The notes below the pieces were generated by a model. That model searched no databases. It was not told the origin of the DNA and saw only the letters and a list, made by a program, of their open reading frames with translations. Source: Promethearchaeota archaeon (GTDB taxonomy: Archaea > Asgardarchaeota > Lokiarchaeia > Sigyniarchaeales > SOKP01). Taken from it: a stretch of DNA of 64,000 nt. The stretch lies in the NCBI GenBank assembly GCA_016839555.1, contig JAEOUA010000010.1:224001-288000 (forward strand), given 5' to 3'. Positions 37,438 to 48,715 of the stretch are shown piece by piece. Within the stretch, counting starts at the first letter, position 1. Every line of letters starts with the position of its first letter. The translations under genes and the position numbers were made by a program.

Positions 37438-39435
37438 ATGAGTGAAGGAGAAAAGAAAAAGAAGAAGCGAACAAGAAAGGAAAGAATAATTGGTATCGAT
37501 CTGGGAACCAGTAATAGTGCCTGCGCAGTTTTAAATGCTGTCGGTAAACCAGAAATTGTCCCCGCGGCAGAGGGAAGGACTCTGGGTGGGAAAGCTTTTC
37601 CATCTTATGTGGCATTTGATGAGGAAGGAAGAAAAATAGTGGGTGAGCCAGCTCGTAGACAAGCATTGTCAAATCCGGATGGTACAATAACAGGGATTAA
37701 ACGTAAAATGGGAACAAGCTATAAAGCTGAAATAAAAGTAGGTAGTGAAATAAAGGAATTTACACCCGAAGAGATCAGTGCAATGATTCTTAAAAAGATT
37801 AAAAACGATGCTTCAGATTATTTAGGAGAAGAAGTTCAAAAGGCAGTGATAACGGTTCCTGCATATTTTAATGATGCCCAACGTACATCTACAAAAAATG
37901 CGGGAGAAATCGCAGGCCTAGAAGTTGTTCGGATGATTAATGAACCTACTGCTGCTTGTTTAGCTTACGGATTAGATAGAGTTTCTGATGAATTATTAAA
38001 AATTTGTGTTTTAGACCTTGGAGGAGGAACATTCGACATAACATTAATGGAATATGGAGAGGGAGTTGTTGAAGTGCTTTCTACTGCAGGTGATACGCAA
38101 TTAGGTGGAAGAGATATGGATGATAAAATCACCGATTGGATCGCTGACCAATTTGAACAAAAAGAAGGTATTAATTTGAGTAATGACAAGAAAGCCATGA
38201 TTAGAGTAAAAGACGCCGCTGAAAAGGCAAAAATAGAACTTTCTACCACATTATCAACCACGATTAATCTGCCGTATATTTCTCAAAGACAGGGAGAACC
38301 TGTTCATTTAGAGATGGAATTAACAAGATCAAAATTGGAACAACTGGTAGAACCTGTCTTAAAGCGCCTAGATCCCATAATGAGAAGATCAATAGATGAT
38401 AGCAAATTATCCATAAATCAAATCGATAAAATCATATTAGTAGGTGGTCCTACACGGATGCCATGCGTTCAAGAGAGATTTCAGAAATTCTTTAATAAAG
38501 AACCAGAACATTCTGTTGATCCTATGGAATGCGTGGCGATTGGAGCTGCAATTCAAGCTGGTGTTATTGCAGGAGAGATTGATGATTTACTCTTATTAGA
38601 TGTGACTCCTCTTTCCTTAGGCGTAGAAACTTTAGGGGGGGTAAATACAAAATTAATTGAACGAAATACAACAATCCCTACTGAAAAGAAAAAAATATTT
38701 TCTACAGCAACAGATAATCAGCCTGCGGTGACAATTAATGTGCTTCAAGGGGAAAGAGCAATGGCAAATGATAATATTTCACTCGGGCAATTCCATTTGA
38801 CTGGAATTCCACCAGCTCCACGAGGAATACCACAAATAGAAGTTAAATTTTCCATCGATGCCGATGGGATTGTTCATGTGACTGCTAAGGATTTGGGAAC
38901 TGGAAAAGAACAAGGAATAACAGTTACCGGCGCGAAAGGACTTTCTGAGGATGAAATCCAGCGCAAAGTAAGAGAAGCAGAAAAATATGAAGAAGAAGAT
39001 AAAAAACTAAAAGAATTAATTGAGGCAAAAAACAATGCTGAATCTATGATTTATCAAACTCGAAAATTAATGGAAGAAAACAAAGACAAAATTCAAGAGG
39101 ATGAAAAACAACAGATTGAAAGCGCCATTAAATCTTTAGAAGAAGATGTAAAAACCGATGATGTTAATCGTATTAAGGCAGGAACAGAAAATCTGCAAAC
39201 GTCAATTCACGGGTTTTCTCAAAGAGTTTATGCTCAACAGGGACAACAGCAAGCCTATCAGCAAGCTGCAGAGCAAGCACAGAGAGCCGCTCAGGGCGCT
39301 GGTGATGTTCCACCAGGAGGGATGGGAGGAGCCACACCGAAAGGATCTGGAGGAGCCTCTTATAAATCTAAGAAGGATAAAGAATCCGAAGAAAAAGAAA
39401 ACGTGGTTGACGTTGAATGGGATGACGAGGAATAA
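37438..39435 (+). CDS. dnaK: Chaperone DnaK (Hsp70)
   Basis: [42 protein letters not shown]; short archaeal/Gram-positive-type N-terminal region. Confidence 0.98.
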   Translation: MSEGEKKKKKRTRKERIIGIDLGTSNSACAVLNAVGKPEIVPAAEGRTLGGKAFPSYVAFDEEGRKIVGEPARRQALSNPDGTITGIKRKMGTSYKAEIKVGSEIKEFTPEEISAMILKKIKNDASDYLGEEVQKAVITVPAYFNDAQRTSTKNAGEIAGLEVVRMINEPTAACLAYGLDRVSDELLKICVLDLGGGTFDITLMEYGEGVVEVLSTAGDTQLGGRDMDDKITDWIADQFEQKEGINLSNDKKAMIRVKDAAEKAKIELSTTLSTTINLPYISQRQGEPVHLEMELTRSKLEQLVEPVLKRLDPIMRRSIDDSKLSINQIDKIILVGGPTRMPCVQERFQKFFNKEPEHSVDPMECVAIGAAIQAGVIAGEIDDLLLLDVTPLSLGVETLGGVNTKLIERNTTIPTEKKKIFSTATDNQPAVTINVLQGERAMANDNISLGQFHLTGIPPAPRGIPQIEVKFSIDADGIVHVTAKDLGTGKEQGITVTGAKGLSEDEIQRKVREAEKYEEEDKKLKELIEAKNNAESMIYQTRKLMEENKDKIQEDEKQQIESAIKSLEEDVKTDDVNRIKAGTENLQTSIHGFSQRVYAQQGQQQAYQQAAEQAQRAAQGAGDVPPGGMGGATPKGSGGASYKSKKDKESEEKENVVDVEWDDEE

Positions 39436-39608
39436 GATTTAAATTGCCTAATTTCTTTTTAACCTCTTTCCTTTTTAGTTTATTTTAGATCTTTTTATTT
39501 TATTCTATTTAGAATATATTAAATGAATTTTTTATAAAACTAATATATATTCCATATAGCATTGATATTATAAAACCAAATTTTGGTGATAATTGTAGAT
39601 AGATTACA

Positions 39609-41006
39609 TCATTCCTCCAATCTTTTGTCATATATCTTTTTCATCTCATTTTTTACCCGTTCTAGTTTTTCACCACGTAATGGAAAAAAAAGTAAAAGCA
39701 AAAATCCAATAATTAAGAGAATGATGGGAATGAGTGCAGTTCCTACTTGAATCCCAAGAACTGCTTCTTCGGTTTGAGTTATAGCTGCTCCATTATATCC
39801 CATTGAAGTTATGATCAAGGTAAAAAGGAATATCATAATGGATTTACTTGGTGATGTAAATATTGCATTTATTCCTAGAAATGTGCCTTCATTTCTATTT
39901 CCTGTCTTTAATTCGTTTTCATCAATAACATTCCCAAAAATGGGCGAAGAAAGGATCCAAAAAGCGGCATTACCCATATTAACAATGAGGTAAAATATTA
40001 TTGATAATATAAAAATTCTAGATAATAAAAGACCAAGAAACGCTATAATATTCATCGATAAAAATATCATAAGAGTTTTTCTTGGGCCGAGTCTTTTAGT
40101 GACGACTTGCACAAAGTAATATGCGAAAAATGTAAAGGGTAATGTAATACCACTCACCAAGGCAACTAGAGTTCCCGCAACCCCAACAACATCTTCAAAA
40201 TAAAAAACTTGGAAGGTTATCACTGTTGAGGTAACTGCACCCACTACAAATTGAAGAAGGATGTAAAATATAAATGATTTCGATTTATATACTTCCTTTA
40301 TTAATGATTTAATTTTAGGAAATGTTTGTCCATAGTATAATTTGGAAGGTTCTTTGATCCCATTCACACCTAAAAATGCAACTCCCACAGCAATAACTCC
40401 CACAATAATAAATACAATATAGAGCACTGATAAAGGAGTAGTTCCTGTAAAAAAAAGTAATATTAACAAGTAAGAAATAATTCCCAAAATTGTTTGGAAA
40501 ACTAAGCTTGTAGTTACAATTGAAGCTCTCTCACTATCATCATCCGTGACCGTAATTATAAGGGCCGTCCTATTAATACCATGCATGGCATATCCAGTGT
40601 CATATATAGCTAAGCCAATAAGTAAACAAATAAAAATCATTATATGAGGAACGTAGGGATTCATAGAAATTATTAAAAAATATCCAATGCCTAACAGAGG
40701 AATGGCTCTGTATAACCATAACTTTCGTTTTCCTTTTCCTTCAACTGGTTTAGTTCGATCTGAAAAATATCCTATTATTGGATCATTAATGGAATTTATA
40801 ATTGCAAATAATAATTGCACGATTCCAAACCAAAGTGCGGGAAATAATATAAAATCTGTATAGAATTTTAACAACGCACCATCTATCATACTCCCTATAA
40901 ATGTAAATCCTGCTATTGAAATCCCGAAATAAGCCTTTTGGCTAAAGGGAACTTTATGAATTGTATTATTTATATCTTTAGGGCTATTATTCTTTCTTTT
41001 AGACAT
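39609..41006 (-). CDS. MFS glycoside-pentoside-hexuronide (GPH) family transporter
   Basis: NDPIIGYFSDRT, IDENELKTGNRNEG, about 12 TMs. Confidence 0.88.
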   Translation of the reverse strand: MSKRKNNSPKDINNTIHKVPFSQKAYFGISIAGFTFIGSMIDGALLKFYTDFILFPALWFGIVQLLFAIINSINDPIIGYFSDRTKPVEGKGKRKLWLYRAIPLLGIGYFLIISMNPYVPHIMIFICLLIGLAIYDTGYAMHGINRTALIITVTDDDSERASIVTTSLVFQTILGIISYLLILLFFTGTTPLSVLYIVFIIVGVIAVGVAFLGVNGIKEPSKLYYGQTFPKIKSLIKEVYKSKSFIFYILLQFVVGAVTSTVITFQVFYFEDVVGVAGTLVALVSGITLPFTFFAYYFVQVVTKRLGPRKTLMIFLSMNIIAFLGLLLSRIFILSIIFYLIVNMGNAAFWILSSPIFGNVIDENELKTGNRNEGTFLGINAIFTSPSKSIMIFLFTLIITSMGYNGAAITQTEEAVLGIQVGTALIPIILLIIGFLLLLFFPLRGEKLERVKNEMKKIYDKRLEE

Positions 41007-41147
41007 TGAAATTAATTCCTAAATTTTTTTAATTATTATTTTATTCTTTTTTTTAAAAATAAAAATTATTTCCTTCCATCAAAGAAATTATATCTCTTTA
41101 TATTTTTTGTTGAAATTGAATGCTTAAATTATATCATATATTTTTTC

Positions 41148-42740
41148 TTATAATGCGGCTCTTTTATGTGAATAGTGAGGATTATCACTATTTCTTAGAT
41201 ACCAAGATAATAACTGTTCTTTTAAAGATTTAATAACATCTGAATATTGAGGGTCATCAATTAAATTAACAAATTCTTGAGGATCTTCTTTAAGATTATA
41301 TAACTCTTCCTTTGCTTCTGGCATACTTCGAATATTTAATTTCCATTCTTTTGTCCGGATCATTGTTGTACGGCAACTTGTGTTCAGATAATCATGAGTA
41401 ATTTCAATTTTATCAAAATATATTCCCGTTAATGGAGTTTCAGGAGAGGGAATCTTTTCTTCGAATGCTTGAGGTTCTCTAGAATCATAACCACCTTGTG
41501 CATAAACAACATCTCTGTGAGTATCGAGTTCTCCTTTCAGTAAGGGTAGCAGAGATTTACTGAAATGAGTATATTTTGTATTTATTTGAGCAACTTCAAG
41601 TAATGTTGCAAAAATATCTATTGTTTGAGTTAATTCTGTATTGATTGATTTTTTTGGTTTAATTCCAGGAATTTTAACGACTAATGGGACATTTAGCAAG
41701 CAGTCATGCATACCCGTTGACCATTTCTCTGTTAAACCATAGCTTCCAGCATAATCTCCATGATCGGAAAAGAAAGTAATTGCAGTATTATCATATTCTC
41801 CGATTTCTTTTAATTTGTCAATAATTTGTCCAAATAGATCATCAACTTTTGAGATCATTCCATAATAAACAGCTAATATCTCTTTAAAATCATTTTCTGT
41901 AATTTTATCCAACCCATACCTTGAGCGCATTAATTTCATAAATTCTGGTTTATCTTCATAAAAATTAGGATTATTCATTAATTCTGATGGAAATGGGAGT
42001 GGAATCTTTTTTCGATCATACATAGAGAAGTAAGGCTCTTCAACACTATAAGGAGGATGCGGCAAATTAAGAGCAATGTATAAACAAAATGGTTTCTTTA
42101 TTCTCCTTCTTTTTTTAGAAAATTTATCAAAATATTTCAGAGCAGCTTTAATTATTGCATTATCGAAATTATTTTGAGCTTGTTCTTCTGAACACTTTCC
42201 ATAGTAGAAACTTTTTCGCATTGGATGATCAATAGCCCAAGGATTAAGTGGCCAGAATTTTGAGAGAGTTTCTAACATTTCTGGCGGAGGAGTCAAATTT
42301 TTAAGCGACGATCGTAATTTCGGAAGGATTTTTATTAATTTAAAAAAACCTATATGTAGTATAGCAGAGCGAATCAATCGTTTCATTACATTTATCCTTT
42401 TACTAACACTTACTCTAATTGCTTTTTCATGAAAGAGATCATTGCGCCCAATCCAAATGACCTCATAACCCTTTTCTTTCAGAAATTTAAAGAGATTTTC
42501 ATCATCGGGGCGTAGAAGTTGAAATAGTGAACGGTGGGCTCCTGCCATAGGATAAGTTCCAGTAAAAGTGCATACTCGGGAGGGTCCACAGACAGGATTA
42601 ACACTGAAATTATTAGTAAAAATAACCCCGTCATTGGCAATACTTCTTATATTAGGTATTTTAACATTTGGATTCTGAATTACATCGCCTCTCATCTCAT
42701 CGGGAACGAAAATCAAAAGATTAGGAAGACTCATAATCAA
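41148..42740 (-). CDS. Formylglycine-dependent sulfatase
   Basis: PNLLIFVPDEMRGD, CGPSR..FTG, LPHPPY, SDHG, ELYNL.EDP.E; no signal peptide. Confidence 0.92.
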   Translation of the reverse strand: MIMSLPNLLIFVPDEMRGDVIQNPNVKIPNIRSIANDGVIFTNNFSVNPVCGPSRVCTFTGTYPMAGAHRSLFQLLRPDDENLFKFLKEKGYEVIWIGRNDLFHEKAIRVSVSKRINVMKRLIRSAILHIGFFKLIKILPKLRSSLKNLTPPPEMLETLSKFWPLNPWAIDHPMRKSFYYGKCSEEQAQNNFDNAIIKAALKYFDKFSKKRRRIKKPFCLYIALNLPHPPYSVEEPYFSMYDRKKIPLPFPSELMNNPNFYEDKPEFMKLMRSRYGLDKITENDFKEILAVYYGMISKVDDLFGQIIDKLKEIGEYDNTAITFFSDHGDYAGSYGLTEKWSTGMHDCLLNVPLVVKIPGIKPKKSINTELTQTIDIFATLLEVAQINTKYTHFSKSLLPLLKGELDTHRDVVYAQGGYDSREPQAFEEKIPSPETPLTGIYFDKIEITHDYLNTSCRTTMIRTKEWKLNIRSMPEAKEELYNLKEDPQEFVNLIDDPQYSDVIKSLKEQLLSWYLRNSDNPHYSHKRAAL

Positions 42741-42913
42741 TTTATTAAAAATTTAATTAATAAAAACTTTTGACATTTGTTATAATTTAAAAAGTCTAAA
42801 AGGATGATTTTATTTAAATTTTAAATAGATAATTAACCTATATCTATAAATGAAGGTTAAATTAATTTTGAATTAAAAAGATTTTATAAAAATTAAAAAA
42901 ATAAAATGAGAGT

Positions 42914-44350
42914 ATGATGATTGAACCAAAAAATATGAAATTTGCTGAATCAATTACTACAAAAAAAATGATTTTATTCTCTTTGCAAGGAATAATTAGT
43001 GGATTTTTGTTTGGAATGTGGGGACAAGTTCAATATTTTGCGGTAAGTATCCTTTTGATACCCCAAGCATTGATTGTAATAATATATTTAGTATATTCAA
43101 TTGTAGATTCAATTAATGATCCTTTAGTGGGATATTTAGCAGATAAATCGACAAGATTTACCACTAAATTTGGAAAGAGATATCCTTGGATATTAATTGG
43201 TGTAGGAATAGGGCCTGTATTTTTAATACTTTGTTTTATCCCAATTTCAACAAATATAGTGGTAATTACTATTTGGTTGCTTGTAATCATGGCAATTTAT
43301 GAAACCTTTTTGACTTCTTTTGAAATTAATCATAACGCTCTGCTGCCCGATTTGATACGGGGAGCTTCTCATAGGAGAAAAATTGTTTCAATAGGTGCAA
43401 TCTTGGGGGGTATTTTTACAATAGTAACAGGAGCTTTAATACCTCAATTAATTGTTTCAATAGGTTATTTAGGAACTGTTATATTTGTAGTTATAATTGC
43501 GTATATTTTAATAATTCCATATAGCTACGGAATCCGTGAACCAGCTGAGATGAAAATGTTTCGGGTTAGATTAGAAAAATCAGAAGAAAAGAAGTCACCA
43601 TTAAAAGAGGTAGTTAAGCGCGTCTTTAATGATAGGAATTGGATGGGTATCGTTATTGTAGTTTTTACATGGTCGGTAGCGGGAGCATGTTGGTTATACG
43701 GTTTGAATTATTTTATGGTAGGCAATCTCGGTTTAGATATTGGATGGACTGCCATACCTTTATTACTGCAGAACCTTATTGGATTTGCGCTAGCACCAAT
43801 ATGGGCATATATTTCTAAGAAAATTGGAGTTAGAAAAGCTTTTATTGCTGGAATGGTATGCAATATAATAGTATATCTTGCTTTCCTTTTTGTTACAGAT
43901 ATGCTTGGGGTTATAATTATATTTACATTCGCAGGAGTTGGGTTTAGCGCAACTTATGGTGTTATAACTGGGCTTTTGAGAGCGGAGGGAATAGATAATG
44001 CAACGATGACTACTGGAAAACGAGAAGAAGGAACGTATATGGGTGTTTTAAGGATATTTACTGCATTTTCCTACTTTTTTCAAACAGTCATTTTCGCAAT
44101 AATTGGGGGACTTACAGGATATGGAGCTATTTTTAATACAGGAGATAATATTTTAGCAGAATTAGGATTGGATATTGAGATATTCATTACTCCAGTAAGC
44201 AATATAGGAAAATTAGGATTAAATTTACAGATGTCAATTATACCTATGATTATTAGCTTAATTGGTATCATCGCCTTTATATTAATGTATAGAGTATCCC
44301 AAGAGGATGCGATAAAAAATAAGCAGAAATTAGTTGAAATGGACTTATGA
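42914..44350 (+). CDS. MFS GPH family transporter
   Basis: DSINDPLVGYLADK...FGKRYPW, TGKREEG.Y.G. Confidence 0.88.
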   Translation: MMIEPKNMKFAESITTKKMILFSLQGIISGFLFGMWGQVQYFAVSILLIPQALIVIIYLVYSIVDSINDPLVGYLADKSTRFTTKFGKRYPWILIGVGIGPVFLILCFIPISTNIVVITIWLLVIMAIYETFLTSFEINHNALLPDLIRGASHRRKIVSIGAILGGIFTIVTGALIPQLIVSIGYLGTVIFVVIIAYILIIPYSYGIREPAEMKMFRVRLEKSEEKKSPLKEVVKRVFNDRNWMGIVIVVFTWSVAGACWLYGLNYFMVGNLGLDIGWTAIPLLLQNLIGFALAPIWAYISKKIGVRKAFIAGMVCNIIVYLAFLFVTDMLGVIIIFTFAGVGFSATYGVITGLLRAEGIDNATMTTGKREEGTYMGVLRIFTAFSYFFQTVIFAIIGGLTGYGAIFNTGDNILAELGLDIEIFITPVSNIGKLGLNLQMSIIPMIISLIGIIAFILMYRVSQEDAIKNKQKLVEMDL

Positions 44351-44409
44351 TTCTAATCTAATTAGCTAAAATAATATCTTATTTTTTTTTTAATATTCAA
44401 TTTTTATCT

Positions 44410-45822
44410 CTATTTAATTTTATTTTGATCCCTTTTATGTACATCAAAATTTGTTAATTCTTTCGTATTAGAATTTTTTAATTCGTTAATAATATGAATA
44501 ATTGCTCTCGCTAGAGGTATATAACTGTCTTGATGTATTTTATCTAAAGTATCAGCGGGATCAAATAAATATGGGGGAGCAGTTAAGAAAGATATAAAAG
44601 GAACAGATTTTTTATGATAAAAACATCCGTCTGTTGGAGGTTTATCACTTCCAGGAGAAAATCCTTCTGGTGGGAAAATGATAGAGCGTTTTAAATCTTC
44701 TTTTTTAATTGCATTTTCAACAATATTTATAAGTTCATTTATTCGACTGACAAACCACCAACGAACTGTCGGTTTGTTTAATGGAATTAACTTTCCATCT
44801 TCACTTTTTACATCTCGAGCTACATGCTCAAGATGGATAGCGATAACCGTTTTTTCTAATAATTTTTTATTTTTTTCCACAAAATTTTTTGCTCCTTCCG
44901 CTCCAGCCATATGAGCACAATTCATTAAAAACATCATATTAAATGGGCGTAAATTTTTTGGGATTTGAGCCCAATAATTTGCTTGGGCTAAGACAAGAGT
45001 CATCCCAGAAGCATCTTCTACTGCTGAATTCCAAGGAGCATCATGATGTGTGCCTATTATTACCCACTCATCAGAATTCCCTTGTAAAGAACCGGTGATA
45101 TTATGAGAAATACCCTCTATAATTTTAGTATTAGAAGATAGATTAGCCCTCACGGTGCCCTTTTTCATTAGTTCAGAGATTTTTTTCCCATTTTTAGGAC
45201 TGACATAGACTGCGGGAATGTTCCTCTCTACGGCATCATATGGAACATAATATTTATCGGTTTCCCAAGGATATCCTGAAAGTATACAAATATAACCTAA
45301 AGCATCTTTTAATAAATCGGAATCTAGTATATTTCGTTTTTGTATATCAAAGGGGAGCATTTGTTTTAGTTCGTTAAATTCATTTTCCGGATCATAATAT
45401 CGGTATTCATCAGTTCTAAGGATTCTTGGGATGATTTTCAGTGGTAGCTTCAATAAATTATAATATGCAACTCCGATCTTTTTAGAAATTAATGTTTTAT
45501 TAGAAATTAATTCCAATTCTCCTTCAATGTTTTTCGCAGATTTTGTATAAGGTATAGGAAAACAAGGAATTTCTATGATATGTTCAGGTTCATTAATAAG
45601 CCATATTTTTAGATGAGCATCGAAAACTTCCCATTTTTTTACTTTAATCGGATCTAATACGATATTTTCTAATCCAAACGTTTCAAACTGGTTCTTTATC
45701 CAGGATTCTATTTTATAGTTAGCTGGATATCCTGGTCTTCTAATTCCTTGGTTAAATATTTTAGCAGTCCATTCAAACATTTCATCCTTTGAAGGTATTA
45801 GCTCACTTTTAATAAAATTCAT
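44410..45822 (-). CDS. M28-peptidase-fold hydrolase with PA-like insert and non-canonical metal site
   Basis: IIGTHHDA...AVEDASG, DTLDKI; the EE motif and terminal His are replaced. Confidence 0.75.
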   Translation of the reverse strand: MNFIKSELIPSKDEMFEWTAKIFNQGIRRPGYPANYKIESWIKNQFETFGLENIVLDPIKVKKWEVFDAHLKIWLINEPEHIIEIPCFPIPYTKSAKNIEGELELISNKTLISKKIGVAYYNLLKLPLKIIPRILRTDEYRYYDPENEFNELKQMLPFDIQKRNILDSDLLKDALGYICILSGYPWETDKYYVPYDAVERNIPAVYVSPKNGKKISELMKKGTVRANLSSNTKIIEGISHNITGSLQGNSDEWVIIGTHHDAPWNSAVEDASGMTLVLAQANYWAQIPKNLRPFNMMFLMNCAHMAGAEGAKNFVEKNKKLLEKTVIAIHLEHVARDVKSEDGKLIPLNKPTVRWWFVSRINELINIVENAIKKEDLKRSIIFPPEGFSPGSDKPPTDGCFYHKKSVPFISFLTAPPYLFDPADTLDKIHQDSYIPLARAIIHIINELKNSNTKELTNFDVHKRDQNKIK

Positions 45823-45938
45823 TAATCAATGCAATAAATGAGTTTAAATCTTATTAATTGCTCGGTTTATTATGAAAAGATTTATTTACATAAGAAGAGA
45901 ATTTTATTATAGAAATAATCAAAAAGGTTTGAAAATAT

Positions 45939-48629
45939 TTGACTAAATATGATTATGGTTCAGGGCATTTTGGAAAATGGATTAAAGATGAATTTGGTTT
46001 ACCCGCATATCTTTATACATGTGATCAAATTAAGGATCCTAAAGCTGTTTCACCAGTAAATAAAAAAATTACCAATCCAAGAGAGCACCTTTTTCTAGTT
46101 GGAAATGACCGTCTAGTTTCAATTGCTTCAAATTTTGGTCATGTTCGAGTTAGGCAAGATGAAGGAAGTCCTAAATTTTTGAATGATTATTATCCTGAGA
46201 TTCAGCAATACGCAGGAGGGTTTGGATATTTATATGATGGGAAAATGATACTAAATACGTATTATCATGGTCAGAAAAAGAATCTGGAAAGAATATATGG
46301 TATCGGATATTTTCGAAAAACACTCAAACATGTTAATTATGAGATAGATCACCGTATTTTTGCTCCATATGGGGATGATCCCCTTCTAATCTCCAAAGTA
46401 TATATAAAAAATTTACAAGATACTCCCGTAGATCTTCAATGGTATGAATATTGGGGGTGTTTCAATTATCAATTTTCATTTGAAGGGGTAATGGCGGCAA
46501 TAAAAGAGAAAGATATTAAAATAGCACAGAAAATACGAAGAGATAAAAGTAATAAATTGAAAAATAAATACTTTCTTATGAATGATGGTAAGTGTATTGT
46601 AAATGTTAAGCATGAGTCAAAATTAGAGTTTCCTAAAGAAAGTAGTGAAGCTTTAGAATTAATTGCTAATAATCGCTTAAAGCAAAAAAGACCTGGTCTT
46701 GAAGACAGATATCCTCCTCCTATTTATCTAATTTCTCTGGATGAGAAAGCGGATGGCTGGATGACTGATGGAAAGAATTTTTTTGGAGGCGGTGGAATTG
46801 AAACTCCTAATGGAATTAAAAAAGATTTTCAATCAGAGTTGAATTCCAAAGGTTCCGAAAGTTCCTTGATAATGATACGGAAATTTAGATTAAAACCAGG
46901 AGAAAGTAAAACTCTATATTTTGCATATGGCTATCTTCCAGAAGATATTGATTTAAACCAACTTATTTCTAAATATTCAACCAATTTAGATAAATTATTA
47001 TCACAATCGTGTGAAAAATGGAATTCCAATCGTATAAAATTAGAAATACCTGAGATTTCGTGGGTAGATCGTGAATTAACATGGCACCATTATTATTTAC
47101 GTGGGGCAATGAGCTATGACAGTTTTTTCATGGAATATATTCTTTCCCAAGGGCATGTTTATCAATATGTTATTGGATTTCAAGGAGCGGCAAGAGACCC
47201 CTTGCAGCATGTTTTGCCGTTTCTATTATGTGACTCTCAAATTGTAAAGGAAGTAATTCGATATACTTTGAAGGAGGTACAAGAAGATGGGGAGATTCCA
47301 TATGGAATTACGGGAAATGGAATGCTTATGCCCTCTCCTTGGAAGCCTAGTGATTTAGAATTATGGCTGCTATGGGTTGCAAGTGAATATATTTTATCTT
47401 CCCGTGATAAAGATTTTTTAAATGAAGAAATCCCCACCTATCCTATTCATGGGCGAAAAGCAGGAAAATCCACAGTTAAAGAACTACTTCAATTATGTTA
47501 TTTCCATTTTACAGAAAAAACTGGAAAGGGTAAGCATGGTTTACAAAGACTTTCTAATGGTGATTGGAATGATATGGTAGTTTTAGGAAGTTATACTAAT
47601 AAACAACAAAGCGATATAAGAAAGTATGCTGAAAGTGTTCTTAATTCAGCAATGGCAATTAAAGTATTTTATTATTATGCTGAAATGCTTCAATTTGTTG
47701 GCGAAAACGTGCTTGCCACAGAAGTTTTAGATTATTCTAACTCTTTAAGGAAAGCGGTTCATAATCAATGGGGAGGAAAATGGTTTAAACGCGCATGGTT
47801 AACAGAAGAAATAGGATGGATTGGAGAAGAAAGAATGTGGTTAGAACCCCAACCATGGGCCATTATAAGTAATTCAACGGATGAAACACAAAGGAAGAAA
47901 CTTATTAACTCCTTAAATGAGTTAGTGCGTAATCCGTCAAATATAGGTGCCATATTACATGATAAACCTTTGGATGTAAAAGATACTCCTGTAGGGATGG
48001 GTACGAATGCAGGAATTTGGCCTTCAATTAATGGAACTCTAATTTGGGCTCTCAGCTTGGTCGATCGAAAATTGGCTTGGGAAGAATGGAAGAAAAATAC
48101 TTTAGCAAAACATGCTGAAGAGTATCCCGATATATGGTATGGAATTTGGAGCGGTCCCGATACATATAATTCTAAATATTCAAAATATCCTGGTCAAACA
48201 ATTTTCGATGAATATTATAAAACAGGGAATTTAGAAGATAAATCGACAGAGATCGAACTTGGAGGTATGAATTGGACGGACTGGCCGGTATTAAATTTGC
48301 ACCCTCACGCTTGGCCGTTATTTAATACTAAGCATTTAATTGGAGTAGAATTTACCAAAGATGGATTAAAAATTACTCCGACCTTACCTTTTGAGGAGTA
48401 TTCATATTCAACCCCACTTTTTGGATTTGCAAAATCTAAAGAGGGATATTCAGGATGGTACGCCCCAAAAAAAGAAGGTGAATGGAAAGTCACTTTAAAG
48501 TTATCTAAAAAAGAGATGAGTAAATTCAGTTCAGTCTCTATTAATAGGATTAAGGAATCATTATTAATCACGGAGGATAAAGTATTATTTACTGGTAGAG
48601 GCACCCCATTAAAATGGGCTATTAAATAA
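45939..48629 (+). CDS. GH94-like glycoside phosphorylase/hydrolase
   Basis: GAARDPLQH, SDLELWL, NGDWND, AESV, WLEPQPWAI; beta-sandwich N-terminus and helical-barrel C-terminus. Confidence 0.75.
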   Translation: MTKYDYGSGHFGKWIKDEFGLPAYLYTCDQIKDPKAVSPVNKKITNPREHLFLVGNDRLVSIASNFGHVRVRQDEGSPKFLNDYYPEIQQYAGGFGYLYDGKMILNTYYHGQKKNLERIYGIGYFRKTLKHVNYEIDHRIFAPYGDDPLLISKVYIKNLQDTPVDLQWYEYWGCFNYQFSFEGVMAAIKEKDIKIAQKIRRDKSNKLKNKYFLMNDGKCIVNVKHESKLEFPKESSEALELIANNRLKQKRPGLEDRYPPPIYLISLDEKADGWMTDGKNFFGGGGIETPNGIKKDFQSELNSKGSESSLIMIRKFRLKPGESKTLYFAYGYLPEDIDLNQLISKYSTNLDKLLSQSCEKWNSNRIKLEIPEISWVDRELTWHHYYLRGAMSYDSFFMEYILSQGHVYQYVIGFQGAARDPLQHVLPFLLCDSQIVKEVIRYTLKEVQEDGEIPYGITGNGMLMPSPWKPSDLELWLLWVASEYILSSRDKDFLNEEIPTYPIHGRKAGKSTVKELLQLCYFHFTEKTGKGKHGLQRLSNGDWNDMVVLGSYTNKQQSDIRKYAESVLNSAMAIKVFYYYAEMLQFVGENVLATEVLDYSNSLRKAVHNQWGGKWFKRAWLTEEIGWIGEERMWLEPQPWAIISNSTDETQRKKLINSLNELVRNPSNIGAILHDKPLDVKDTPVGMGTNAGIWPSINGTLIWALSLVDRKLAWEEWKKNTLAKHAEEYPDIWYGIWSGPDTYNSKYSKYPGQTIFDEYYKTGNLEDKSTEIELGGMNWTDWPVLNLHPHAWPLFNTKHLIGVEFTKDGLKITPTLPFEEYSYSTPLFGFAKSKEGYSGWYAPKKEGEWKVTLKLSKKEMSKFSSVSINRIKESLLITEDKVLFTGRGTPLKWAIK

Positions 48630-48715
48630 TTTAATTCTTTTAAATGTATTGAAGAATAAATTTTATTAAAATTTGAAATTAATAAGATAAAAAATAAAAA
48701 AATAATTGTTAACGT

